Source: an uncultured Bryobacterales bacterium
Lineage (GTDB): Bacteria > Acidobacteriota > Terriglobia > Bryobacterales > UBA6623
Length of the DNA stretch: 64,000 nt
Direction of reading: 5' to 3'
NCBI GenBank assembly: GCA_951813605.1
Contig: OX638379.1
Location: 2,578,062 to 2,642,061, forward strand
Shown here: positions 20,101 through 28,808 of the stretch, in pieces
Numbering within the stretch: the stretch's first letter is position 1
Layout: every line of letters starts with the position of its first letter
Translations under genes and position numbers: made by a program
The notes under the pieces: generated by a model
Told to the model about the DNA's origin: nothing
Database searches by the model: none
What the model saw: only the letters and a program-made list of their open reading frames with translations

Positions 20101-20122
20101 GAGTGAAACTCGGATCGCGCAC
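17117..20122 (-). CDS. Secreted repeat (beta-propeller-like) protein with C-terminal PHP/CehA-McbA-like metallohydrolase domain; paralogue of 35541..38423
   Basis: The N-terminal half has ~50-aa repeats ending in motifs such as LFVAWTTF, VHVIWSVF, VWAAWQEF, VWAAWDSY and VWIAWAES. The C-terminal half carries LYRGDLHRHTDLSADS...FLAVTDHS...HTTAGGGGTDW...NSDHESTH (His/Asp metal-ligand pattern of the PHP fold). The likely true start is the GTG at 19969 (VRLTPVTLVVVSCVLAATWSATG, signal peptide). Confidence 0.7.
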   Translation of the reverse strand: MRDPSFTHRQYLLAYRAHSPLETQILRSFRRDWEPSECAITECAELVLFTAVRLTPVTLVVVSCVLAATWSATGIETPRTVIDHPSANRVVKLEFGLRANEPQRWSGEASVSPGTIHSSWGWHFNRPDRIVGAAGWEFESRQFNPEGARYRFRDELPQGVGILPNGVYVSVEAPPSATLSVKTSRGDFAFQLADLDESGRLGFLDGNVAAVDAPAVRALTRGEASQHDFPAAVSTEDGLFVAWTTFHNEANALYLAWRKGQSWHTSRVTSAWGDYFGTALASDADGRVHVIWSVFKGDRWRLVDRAFDPKTGRWSSEVYVHPPGSRQFFPVAVTASDGKVWAAWQEFRGDDLDIMAAWYEDGWSDAILVSDSDANDWAPDLAAGPDGTVWAAWDSYERRSYGIFLRRLSSGQSDSVVEVPHDPNRAIEPAIAVDGQNRVWIAWAESGPNWGKDWGVLGRPGTQVRATSAVRLARYANGRWMEPSTSLEESVPAWMSAMHEYPSLAIGGDGVPYVFFRQMLLRLPVAEHELQVKFGSEQRRLQPWYDTIRGMSEIRMAAFDGARWLPAGELPLSAGGAFAQLAVARERNSTVAVWPTDGRTYEDPHVRSSQLRYARLELDAEYAPEDRMRPFETTDEGFVDAAPTEAADLAKVRAARWQDKEPLRLYRGDLHRHTDLSADSQRDGDIIMAYRYALDAGALDFLAVTDHSGAERLHFYKYQWWKTRQIATMFNHPGRFATFFGYERTITFPGGHRNVISTRREMQPVPISDEEFTGAESWAERLYPSLLKHGDIAIAHTTAGGGGTDWRDNDPRAEPVVEVFQALRGSYEEQNSPGKARATEPAGFVWNAWKKGWRIGLLSNSDHESTHQSYACVWAPELSNTAILDAIKQRRTYAATDNIVLRFEARAEDGSPLKMGREMNASRSPELSLHALTPVPVESLEIIRSGEIVYSAEPRTRDVSIAYRDESAPREGSAHYHVRLVQNDGQIAWSTPIWIDYRPSE

Positions 20123-20468
20123 ATACTCGATGTAGATCTCCTTCGCCTCGGCCCGCCCGTGCGGGGGAGATATGCCAAGACTGTGCCTCCAGCCCCCGAA
20201 TAGCTAGAGTCACCGGAATCCTGCAACTGATGGAATCGCAATCGGATCGGTTGCCGAACTATGGCGGTATTTCAATGCAGCCTTCCCCGCTGCTCTATTC
20301 GTCAATCAGGACTCAGTACCAATTGACCGTTCGACTCGCGGAAGAACCAGACTTCCGAGGCCGAAATGGCCGGCTGCGTGCAAGTGCTTCCACTACGCGC
20401 GCTGCAAGAAGTTCTCGCAACGCATTGAATCGGAAAATGGTAGACTTTGCGACGTTAGGAGAAATCCG

Positions 20469-21494
20469 ATGAAACGAATTTGCACTCTGTTCCTTGCTTT
20501 CGCGTCCCTTGGGGTCGCCGCGGACAAGAAGATCGTCATACGCGCGCTCTCGGGCGGCTTTGCCTACGACGATGCCGCCATCACGATGTACAAGCAAGAG
20601 GCCGGCAACCACGCCGACGTTGTCGCGGCTCGCACCATGGCGGATTTCGAAAAGGAAATCGTCGACGCGGATGGGATCGTCGGAGGCATCAGCAAGGAAC
20701 TGTTCGCGAAAGCGAAGCAGTTGAAGTGGGTTCAATCGACCAGCGCGGGGGTCGAAGCGTACAGTTTCTGGCCGGAATTCATGGCCAGCGACGTGGCTCT
20801 GACGAATTGCAAGGTGGTCCAAGGGCCGACGATCGGCGATCATGCGTTCGCGCTGCTGCTGGCGATGACGAGGGGGCTGCACGAGTACATTCCGAATCGC
20901 CGGGAATGGAAATCGCGGGCTGACGCGCCGAAGGGCATGACGGAGTTGCCGGGCATGACAGCCGTGATCATCGGTTTAGGAGGCATTGGCATGCAGATCG
21001 CGCAACGCGCGCATGGATTTGGAATGAACGTCATCGGTGTCGATCCCAAGAACATACCCGTCAACATATTTGCGCCGGTGATCGTACCCCCGGACCGGTT
21101 GGACGAAGTCTTGCCGAAGGCGGACGTAGTGTTTGTCGCAGCCCCGCTGACCCCGGAAAGCGAGCACATGATCGCTGCCAAGCAATTCGACCTGATGAAG
21201 CGGGGGGCGTATTTTGTCGCGGTTTCCCGCGGACGGTTGTACGACAAGGGTGCGCTGGTCAAGGCCATCGACAGCCAAAAGCTGGCTGGTGCCGGATTGG
21301 ACGTCACGGATCCGGAGCCGCTTCCCGCAGACGATCCGCTATGGCAATTCGACAACATCGTGATCACGCCGCACGTGGCCTCGCACGCCAGAGGCTCGGA
21401 CGTTCGCCGGCTTGGAGTGATCTCGGGGAACGTGGGACGGTTCGCGCGCGGCGAGCCGCTGACCCACGTGGTGAACAAGGAAGTCGGCTACTAG
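20469..21494 (+). CDS. D-isomer-specific 2-hydroxyacid dehydrogenase family protein with N-terminal signal-peptide-like segment
   Basis: The NAD-binding motif is AVIIGLGGIGMQIAQRAHGFGMNVIGVD. Catalytic-domain segments are SRGRLYD and ITPHVAS. The N-terminus is MKRICTLFLAFASLGVAADKK. Confidence 0.8.
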   Translation: MKRICTLFLAFASLGVAADKKIVIRALSGGFAYDDAAITMYKQEAGNHADVVAARTMADFEKEIVDADGIVGGISKELFAKAKQLKWVQSTSAGVEAYSFWPEFMASDVALTNCKVVQGPTIGDHAFALLLAMTRGLHEYIPNRREWKSRADAPKGMTELPGMTAVIIGLGGIGMQIAQRAHGFGMNVIGVDPKNIPVNIFAPVIVPPDRLDEVLPKADVVFVAAPLTPESEHMIAAKQFDLMKRGAYFVAVSRGRLYDKGALVKAIDSQKLAGAGLDVTDPEPLPADDPLWQFDNIVITPHVASHARGSDVRRLGVISGNVGRFARGEPLTHVVNKEVGY

Positions 21495-22138
21495 CTGCGG
21501 CAGTTCCCAGGGTTCGCCGTTATTTCATTCCCAGGCGACCAACGACTCAATGCCGGCACCGCGTTGCCAGGCACAAGCTCGTACACGAGCTTTGCCGACG
21601 TCAGCTTTGCCAGCCTCGCCAGCGGATCGGGGAAGCTCTGCAGAGGCAACCAGCCCTCCTCAGTGAACAGCAGCGGCGCCACGCGCCGGCGCATGTGCCA
21701 TTCCAAGCAATGCGCGACCAGACAGACGGACAAACGCGCCCGCACACGGCGCAGCGTGCCGAGAAGCCGGTTGAACTCGTCGCAGTCGTACCTGCCGGGG
21801 GCATAGCCCGCGGCCAGCGCCAGCCCGTCGCTCTCGCTGCGGGCCAGCAGGGCTTGGCGCTTGAGGCGGCACTTGACGGCCACCAGCGGTTTGTAGCACA
21901 CCAGCAGGCGCTCGCCGGGGAAGTCCGGGGAGGCGACCGCAGCCGTGTCGTGAGAGTCGAGCAGGCCGGGCTGGATGTGCTTCTTGGGCGCCAGCTTGCG
22001 GAGCGTGGCGTGGCGCATGGCGGTGATCCAGTTGAGCTCGGCAGGCTGCAGGTCGCGGTCCATACGGGCCTGGGCGATCGTGCCGCGGCCGCCGACCAGG
22101 GCGACGCGCCACAGACTGAAGCGCTGGCCAAGGCCGGC
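21491..22138 (-). pseudogene. Relic of an IS1634/IS4-like DDE transposase (C-terminal part with internal deletions, no start)
   Basis: ORF 21491..22063 plus in-frame upstream codons read ...FSLWRVALVGGRGTIAQARMDRDLQPAELNWITAMR...SPDFPGERLLVCYKPLVAVKCRLKRQALL...LSVCLVAHCLEWHMRRRVAPLLFTEE. From memory this resembles the VLVGDRGM..GWITALR..YPGERL..CRNP..RARKRE.LL..H..LCMLAYYL.WH block of IS1634-family transposases. The N-terminal half is missing. Confidence 0.5.
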
Positions 22139-22141
22139 AGG

Positions 22142-24067
22142 TCACTGCCCAGAAGGCACTGGTCGCCGCACGACGCGCAATGCTTCCTGGATTTCGGCGT
22201 CGTCGGGAAGGAGGCGCTGCGCCTTAACAAGTTCCCTCTCGGCACTCACGAAATCGCCCGAATGACCGTAGACCAATCCGAAATTCTTGTGGATCTGCGC
22301 TATTGCCGGACAGTCGCCGCAGACATCGAGAGCACGCCGGAACAGATCGAACGCCTTGGACCATCGCTCTTTCTTGGCCTCTGCCAGAGCGAAGTTCCAA
22401 AGAGCGCCCGCCCGGTCGGTATCTTGCTCCTCCGCCTTCAAAGCTGCGAAGCGCTGACTGTACTCTCTGGCCTTCTGCGGCGCCTTGGTCAGCAGCGCCT
22501 GGGAAAGGTTGTAGATGGCTTCCTTGTGACCGGGATCAAGGGCAAGGGCCCGCTCCCAGTGAGGCACTCCACTCTCGGAATCTCCGGCCTCGGCGGCGGC
22601 CAAGCCCAAGTCGTAGTGGACTAGAGGATTCAGCGGATCCAGCTCGGCCGCGCGTCGCAAGAGTTCGACCGCGCGCTGGACGTTCCCGGCGTTCCGCTCG
22701 ATCAGCCCAAGCAGCTGCACTGCGGGAGCGAACCGGTCATCGAGCGCGACGGCCGTCTCCAAAGCGTCTCGCGCCTCACCGATCCTGCCGAGGTCATTGA
22801 GTGCCCGACCGAGGTTGTAGGGCGGGCGGGACGAATTCGGGGCGAGGCGGCGAGCCTCTTGAAACGACTCCAATGCCTCTCCGTGCCGTCCGTTTTCAGC
22901 CAGCGCAATTCCAAGGTTGAGATGCGCGTCCGCCGAGTTGGGATTGCGGAGCAATACCGCCTCGAAATGCGGCAGCGCCTCTTTGGGCCGGTTCAGTCGC
23001 GTGAGCACCATGGCTAGACCCTGGCGCGCCGCAACATGCTCTGGAGCCAGTCGCACAGCTTCGGAGATGCTCCCAAGGGCGTCTTGCAAGTCACCCTTCT
23101 CGGCTTGCTTCAGTCCCAGGTTCAAATGCGCATCCGCATATTCGGGACGTAACTCGAGCGCCCTGCGGAACATCGCCTCCGCAAGGTCGCCACGTCCCAG
23201 TTGCTCGTAGGCGACTCCCAAGTTCGCGTGCGCTTCGGCGTTGCCGGCATCTTGGCGGATGACCTGCTGGTATAACCGCTTGGCTTCTTCGGAATCTCCA
23301 GCCTCGATGCTTCGCTGGGCCTGCCGCATCAGGACGGAGACGCGCGACTCACTCTGCACCCGCGCTCTCAAATCGCGAAAGACTCTCAGTTCCGCCTCGG
23401 CCCGTGCCAAGTCTCCGGCACCGCGCAGGACTTGGGAAAGTCTGTAGCGGATGTCCGCGTTTCCGGGCTCCAAGCCTGCTGCCTTCTGAAGGAAGCCGAC
23501 CGCTTCGTCACTCGCCCCTCTGCGAGCCAGGACGGCACCCAGGTTGAAAAGCGCGTCGGCGTGCCCGGGCTCGATCTCTACGGCCCGGCGCAGATTTGTC
23601 TCGGATTCGGCCATTCGGGCCAAGCGCCGCAATGCCAACCCGCGAATGTAGTAGGCGTCGAAGCCTTGCAAAAGCGGTCCGACAAGTGACGCGTAGCGAT
23701 CGATCTCGACGAGCGCTTCGTCGTACCGGTGCGCGCTGACGAGCACCTTCGCAAGAGTAAGGCGCGCCCCGGCGTGCGTGGGGTCCAAGTCCAGCCCGGA
23801 GCGTAGGGCGATCGCCGCCTCTTCGTAGCGCTTGTGCTCGCCGAGCACGGCCCCGCGATTGAAATGGAGCAGCGGCTCCCGCGGAAACTCCGCGAGGGCG
23901 TTGTCGAGCACAGCCATTGCCTCGGCGGGATTCCCGTTACGGCGATGGCGTTCTGCATCGAAAAGGGCTTGCTGGGCAGTTTGGGCGGGCAGCCCAATTG
24001 CAGCAGCGGCGGCGATGAAGGTCGCTAGCATCGAAGTCCTGGAACGGACCACGGCAGCGCCAAGCAT
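22142..24067 (-). CDS. Tetratricopeptide-repeat (TPR) protein, probably exported
   Basis: ORF 22142..24121. It contains more than 15 tandem 34-aa TPR-like units (A..Y/F..AL.L.P..A.A..NLG...). The probable start at 24067 gives MLGAAVVRSRTSMLATFIAAAAAIGLPAQ, which looks like a signal peptide. Confidence 0.8.
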   Translation of the reverse strand: MLGAAVVRSRTSMLATFIAAAAAIGLPAQTAQQALFDAERHRRNGNPAEAMAVLDNALAEFPREPLLHFNRGAVLGEHKRYEEAAIALRSGLDLDPTHAGARLTLAKVLVSAHRYDEALVEIDRYASLVGPLLQGFDAYYIRGLALRRLARMAESETNLRRAVEIEPGHADALFNLGAVLARRGASDEAVGFLQKAAGLEPGNADIRYRLSQVLRGAGDLARAEAELRVFRDLRARVQSESRVSVLMRQAQRSIEAGDSEEAKRLYQQVIRQDAGNAEAHANLGVAYEQLGRGDLAEAMFRRALELRPEYADAHLNLGLKQAEKGDLQDALGSISEAVRLAPEHVAARQGLAMVLTRLNRPKEALPHFEAVLLRNPNSADAHLNLGIALAENGRHGEALESFQEARRLAPNSSRPPYNLGRALNDLGRIGEARDALETAVALDDRFAPAVQLLGLIERNAGNVQRAVELLRRAAELDPLNPLVHYDLGLAAAEAGDSESGVPHWERALALDPGHKEAIYNLSQALLTKAPQKAREYSQRFAALKAEEQDTDRAGALWNFALAEAKKERWSKAFDLFRRALDVCGDCPAIAQIHKNFGLVYGHSGDFVSAERELVKAQRLLPDDAEIQEALRVVRRPVPSGQ

Positions 24068-24538
24068 TCCTCTCTCCGAGCCGCCTTCGGGCATGCCTTT
24101 AGAACAGGTTCCTCTGCTCACACAGACCCTGCTAAACCCGCAGTGTACGGGAATGTCTGACGCAATGCCATACTGGCTGGCCGAATTGCCAGCGGCGCAG
24201 CGGCGCTTTCGGTCGACAGACGCCTATCTCGGCATGGATTCTTCGAACAACTCGCGAGTGTGCTTTGAGTTGTCGAGGGCGGACCACCGGCCCCAAGCGG
24301 CACTGACGTTGGCTGGTGCCAACGGTGGCAGGGCTGGTGATTTGCCACCGAGCGCCGTCCCAGCATCCTTTCGACTATGGCCCAGAAGAGCCATCGCCAA
24401 GACGCTGTTCAAGAGGAGGTCGGCCCAGCCGCGTTACCCCAGCAGTTCAGACGTGGCCCTCATCTGTCACGCTACGTGCCGGGCAGCGGCCAAAGGATTC
24501 CTGGCGCTGCGCAGCTTTGTCATGCACTCGCCGCGAGC

Positions 24539-26788
24539 CTAGAAGTATAGCTTCAGGCCCATCTGAATCTGACGGGCTCGGTTCGCCGTCCTGAGCACCC
24601 TGCCGAAGTTCCCTCGGCTGATGTTCGAAGAAGGGGCAAGGTATTGCGGCGAGTTGAGACTGTTGAACAGCTCAACGCGGTACTCCACGCGGATAGCCTC
24701 GGTGACCGAAAAGACCTTGAAGAGGGAAAGGTCGATATTGTTGATCCCGTCGGCCCGCAGACTGTTCCGCCCGGCATTCCCGAAAGTTCCCGTGTTAGGC
24801 ACCTCGAACGCCGCCTTGTTGAGCCAAGCGGCCGGCGTGGGGTTGGCTGGATTCGGGTCGCCCACGTAGTCGGGCCTGTATCGCCCGTTGGGCAGGCCGG
24901 TTCCGGCAATATCGCCGTTTACGTTCGGAGTGTAGGGCTGGCCGGAGGTAAACATCGCCAAGCCGTTGAACTTCCAGCCGCCCAGCGTCGCGTTCAGCAT
25001 CGCGCTCGAGGACTGAAACGGAATCTCGATCACCCAGTTGAAATTCAAGTTATGAGTCAGGTCGATGCCTGACACGCTGCGATCAATGTTGAAGTTGTAC
25101 GGATTCTGCTGCGAGCAGCTTTCGACGAACCAGCCGCTGCATCCGATGTCGATCGCCTTCGCCCAAGTGTAATTCACCATGTACGAGAATCCCTTCGAGA
25201 AGCGGCGATTGTACTGCGCCTGCAACGAGTGATAGCTGCTGCGGCCCCAAGACGTCAGGTAGTTGTTCGCGCGGAACATGGGGAAGGGAGCGCGCTGGCG
25301 GGCTTCCGAACGCGGCCCTGGCGTGAGCGCCACGTTGTAGTAGGTGCCTAGTGGCAGACGGCGGTTGCCGGAGCCGACGTAGTTGACCTGCAGCATGGTC
25401 GCGTCGTCAAGCTGACGCTGGATCCCGAAATTCCACTGCATCGAGTAGGCGTTCACCATACGCGGATCGGAGTACCAAGCCCCTTGGTTGTACGGGGTGG
25501 CCGTGGGCAGGATGCCGGTTGGGGCAGGGTTCTTGGCAGAGACGTTCGGGATGGAGTCGGGGGGATTGGTCCCGTTTTGGAGCTTGCGTCCGACGTCCGG
25601 CCAGGTATGGCCCAGGTTCTGGGTATTCTGCGTGACACCGGCGAAATTGTCGAAGAAGATTCCGGTCGACATGCGCAGAGCCGTGCGCTCGCTCAATCGG
25701 TATGCGAATCCGAAACGAGGCTGCCAGCTCATAGGCCAAGGCTCCTGGATATAGTCGCTTGTTACCTGCACCCTATCGGGAAGGGCCCCGCTGGGGTCCG
25801 GAAGGCAGGGGGCCATGCCTTTCACCGCGCAAGTCGGAGGAGCGGCGGTGAGCCAATAGATGCCCTCGTTGTAGTCGATGTTGCCGAATTCGACCGTGTT
25901 TTCTTGCTGGTTGCCGAACTGGGGGAGGATGGTGTGGTCCACGCGCAGGCCGAGGTTGATCGTCAGCTTCGGGGTGACCTTCCAGGAGTCCTGGGCAAAG
26001 AACGAGTACAAAGCCCCGCCACGGGCCCGCTTGTGAAAGTCGCGACGCGACCACTGGTTGGGGACGTTGAGCAGGAACGACGCCAGCGGGTGGCCGGTGC
26101 CGCCGGGGTTGTCGGGGCTGGCGGTGCCGACCGTAGTGAAGCCGTTGCTGTGGTCGTTCGTGACGCCGAAGTGGCCGATGATGTTGTATTCGGCACCGAA
26201 CCGCAAGGTATGGGAGCCTGAGATCTTGGTGTAGTCACCCTTGTATTGCCAGGTGTCGCTGGTGCGCGTGAAGCCGACGCGCTCTCCACCACCAAAGTAC
26301 TGCGCGACACTGACATTCGGCACGAAGGTCGACCCGCCGCGGAATCCTCCGGCGAACTCGGGGTTCCAGCCGACCGTGCTAACGAAACCGTCCGGCAAGT
26401 TATTGAACGAGTTCCCGGTGTCCCGCTTGACGTCTGTGCGGGCGAACGACACCGTCATGACGCTGGTCGGGTCAAACGTATGCACCCAGTTCGCGGCGAC
26501 ATTGAGATTCTCGATGTCCACGAAGCTTTCGAACCCCTGACGGCCTCCAGAGCCGACGCGGTTGTTGAACTGGCCGCTGTAGCGCACGTAAGCGATGTCA
26601 GACTCGCTGAACTGGTGATCCAAGCGCCCGGAATATTCGTGCTGATCGAGTGCAGTGCCGGTCGTATCGCGCTGGTTGAGGTTGCCGAGATCCGTACCTA
26701 GATCGATCGGCTTCGGCACGGTCTGTTCCAGATAGTACAGAAAACCCTGGTCGAGGCGGCTGTGGGGGATGCTGTTCCCGGGGAACAA
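24539..26788 (-). pseudogene. 5'-truncated TonB-dependent receptor (beta-barrel part only)
   Basis: The 749-aa ORF ends ...RARQIQMGLKLYF, a canonical OMP C-terminus. It aligns with the full-length receptor at 49880..53323 from about residue 350 onward. The frame is closed by TAA about 120 nt upstream, with no ATG or GTG in between. The track start is a TTG inside the conserved region. Signal peptide, CarboxypepD_reg and plug regions are absent. Confidence 0.65.
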
Positions 26789-27014
26789 GTCGCGGACGGC
26801 ATTTCCATCCGGCCCGGTGATTGTCGCAGACGTGATTGCGTCCGATTCTTTGCGTTGAGCATGTCTAGTCCTCCTCTTCGGCAGGCTGTCAAGATTAAGG
26901 TGTCTAGCTTATCTCGAACCGATTCGACAGCCCGTCCGACCCATCGTGAAGTATAAGGCCCATCAGCAGGAAACGTCAAGGGTTGAGAACCCCGGCGACT
27001 CTTCGAAACTGCCC

Positions 27015-28799
27015 ATGCGCCGCTATCGGGCAAAAGCGGCGCCGCACGGTGTGGCGCACACGGCAGGTCTCGCGCTCGCGGCCATGGTCTTGATCGTGGC
27101 GGCACCCCTGTCATTGGACGCGCAAGGGATGGCCGCCACAAGCAAGAGGGCTCTCCCGCCTATCCCTCTTCCGGAGGGCGTCGATCCTCCGCAGGTGACC
27201 TACCTAGATATCGCGGAGCCAGCAGGGCTCACTGGTGTCTCAGCCTCGGAGCGAGCGCGTGAGATGAGGTACCTCACCGAGACTACAGGAACAGGCGTCG
27301 CCTTGGTCGACTACAACAACGACGGCCTCCTGGACATATTTCTAGTCGGCTCCGGGCAGTCAGCGAGCGACACCGAGGGGGAGGCGCACCGGCTGTACCG
27401 GAATCTAGGGGGACTAATGTTCCAGGAAGCAAGCGAGGAAGTTGGGCTAGCAGCCACCGGTTGGGGCCAAGGAGTCTGTGCGGCGGACTTCGACAGCGAC
27501 GGCTTCGTCGACCTGTTCGTCACCCATTGGGGCAAGGACGTATTGCTTCGTAATCTTGAAGGGACAGCCTTTCGCGACGAGGCCCCAGAAAGGGGTGTCG
27601 CAGGCACTGCGCAACGGTGGAGTACCGGCTGCAGCTTCCTCGACTTCGACCGGGACGGAGATCTTGACCTGTTTGTAGCGCACTACGTGGACTTCGATCC
27701 TGAAATCACGCCGCTTCCCGGGGACGCTCCACAATGCACTTGGAAAGGAGCGTCGATTCCCTGCGGCCCCCGCGGCCTGGGGCCCGAGTCGATGTCCCTT
27801 TTCGCGAACGACGGGCACGGGCGATTCCGCGACGTCAGCGAGTCCACTGGGATTTCGACGGAAATGCGCTATCACGGCCTCGGCGTGGTCGCGGCCGACC
27901 TTGACAGCAACGGCTGGACCGACATCTTCGTAGCTTGCGATTCGACGGCCAATCTCCTGTACAGGAACCTGGGTGACGGCGGATTCGAGGAGATCGGCTT
28001 GATGTCGGCCGCCGCTTACAACGAAGACGGTCACGAGCAGGCCGGGATGGGAGTCGCAGCGGCCGACTACGACGGGGACGGCCGAGTCGACCTGTTCCAG
28101 ACGAATTTCGCTGATGACACCAACACCCTTTATCGCAATCGGGGCGGAATCATGTTCCGGGACCGAACTGTGCCGGCCGGGATGGCGACGGCGACGCGCT
28201 ACGTGGGATGGGGAGCGGTGTTCGTGGACTTCGATCACGATGGCTGGCCCGACATCTTCGCGGCCAACGGCCATGTCGCCCCCAGCGTTGACGACGCGGG
28301 AATCGGCGAGACGTTCGCGCAGCCGCGAATCCTATTCTGGAACCGAGGCGACGGCGTCTTCCATCCAGTCTCGGGAACTGCAGGAGACGGCATTACCGAA
28401 AGACACCCCTCTCGAGGGGCCGCGGCAGGGGACTTAGACAATGACGGGGACTTGGAAATCTTGGTTGTCAATTTGGGCGAGTCCCCTTCCCTCCTCCAGA
28501 ACCAGGTTCAACCGATCGGGAATTGGCTATCTGTGCGAGCCGTCTCGCGCTCCGACAGCGACGCGATCGGGGCTCAGGTGTCCGTGACTCTTCCCGATAG
28601 AACACTTATAGGCGAGGTTCGGAGCGGTGACAGCTACTTGTCACAAAGCGACTTCCGATTGCACTTCGGCTTGGGCGACGCGCAGTCGGCGGAAGTGGAG
28701 GTCCAATGGCCCGCCGGCACTACCAGCTCGCGACGCGAAGTCCCGGCGAATCAATTTGTCACCCTTCGCGAAGGCACGGGGCACGGAACAGTCCGGTAG
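27015..28799 (+). CDS. CRTAC1 / ASPIC-UnbV family FG-GAP repeat protein (secreted)
   Basis: ORF 26946..28799. Repeated FG-GAP/VCBS-like motifs are present: VDYNNDGLLDIFLV, AADFDSDGFVDLFVT, FLDFDRDGDLDLFVA, AADLDSNGWTDIFVA, AADYDGDGRVDLFQT and AGDLDNDGDLEILVV. An ASPIC/UnbV-like C-terminus is present. The ATG at 27015 gives a signal-like N-terminus (MRRYRAKAAPHGVAHTAGLALAAMVLIVAAPLSLDAQG). Confidence 0.8.
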   Translation: MRRYRAKAAPHGVAHTAGLALAAMVLIVAAPLSLDAQGMAATSKRALPPIPLPEGVDPPQVTYLDIAEPAGLTGVSASERAREMRYLTETTGTGVALVDYNNDGLLDIFLVGSGQSASDTEGEAHRLYRNLGGLMFQEASEEVGLAATGWGQGVCAADFDSDGFVDLFVTHWGKDVLLRNLEGTAFRDEAPERGVAGTAQRWSTGCSFLDFDRDGDLDLFVAHYVDFDPEITPLPGDAPQCTWKGASIPCGPRGLGPESMSLFANDGHGRFRDVSESTGISTEMRYHGLGVVAADLDSNGWTDIFVACDSTANLLYRNLGDGGFEEIGLMSAAAYNEDGHEQAGMGVAAADYDGDGRVDLFQTNFADDTNTLYRNRGGIMFRDRTVPAGMATATRYVGWGAVFVDFDHDGWPDIFAANGHVAPSVDDAGIGETFAQPRILFWNRGDGVFHPVSGTAGDGITERHPSRGAAAGDLDNDGDLEILVVNLGESPSLLQNQVQPIGNWLSVRAVSRSDSDAIGAQVSVTLPDRTLIGEVRSGDSYLSQSDFRLHFGLGDAQSAEVEVQWPAGTTSSRREVPANQFVTLREGTGHGTVR

Positions 28800-28808
28800 C
28801 ATAGGGCG

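Noticed and set aside
21341-22624. 427-aa ORF on the plus strand
   Set aside because: It runs antisense across the dehydrogenase 3' end, the transposase relic and the TPR gene. It is low-complexity and Arg/Ala/Gly-rich, so it is a shadow ORF.
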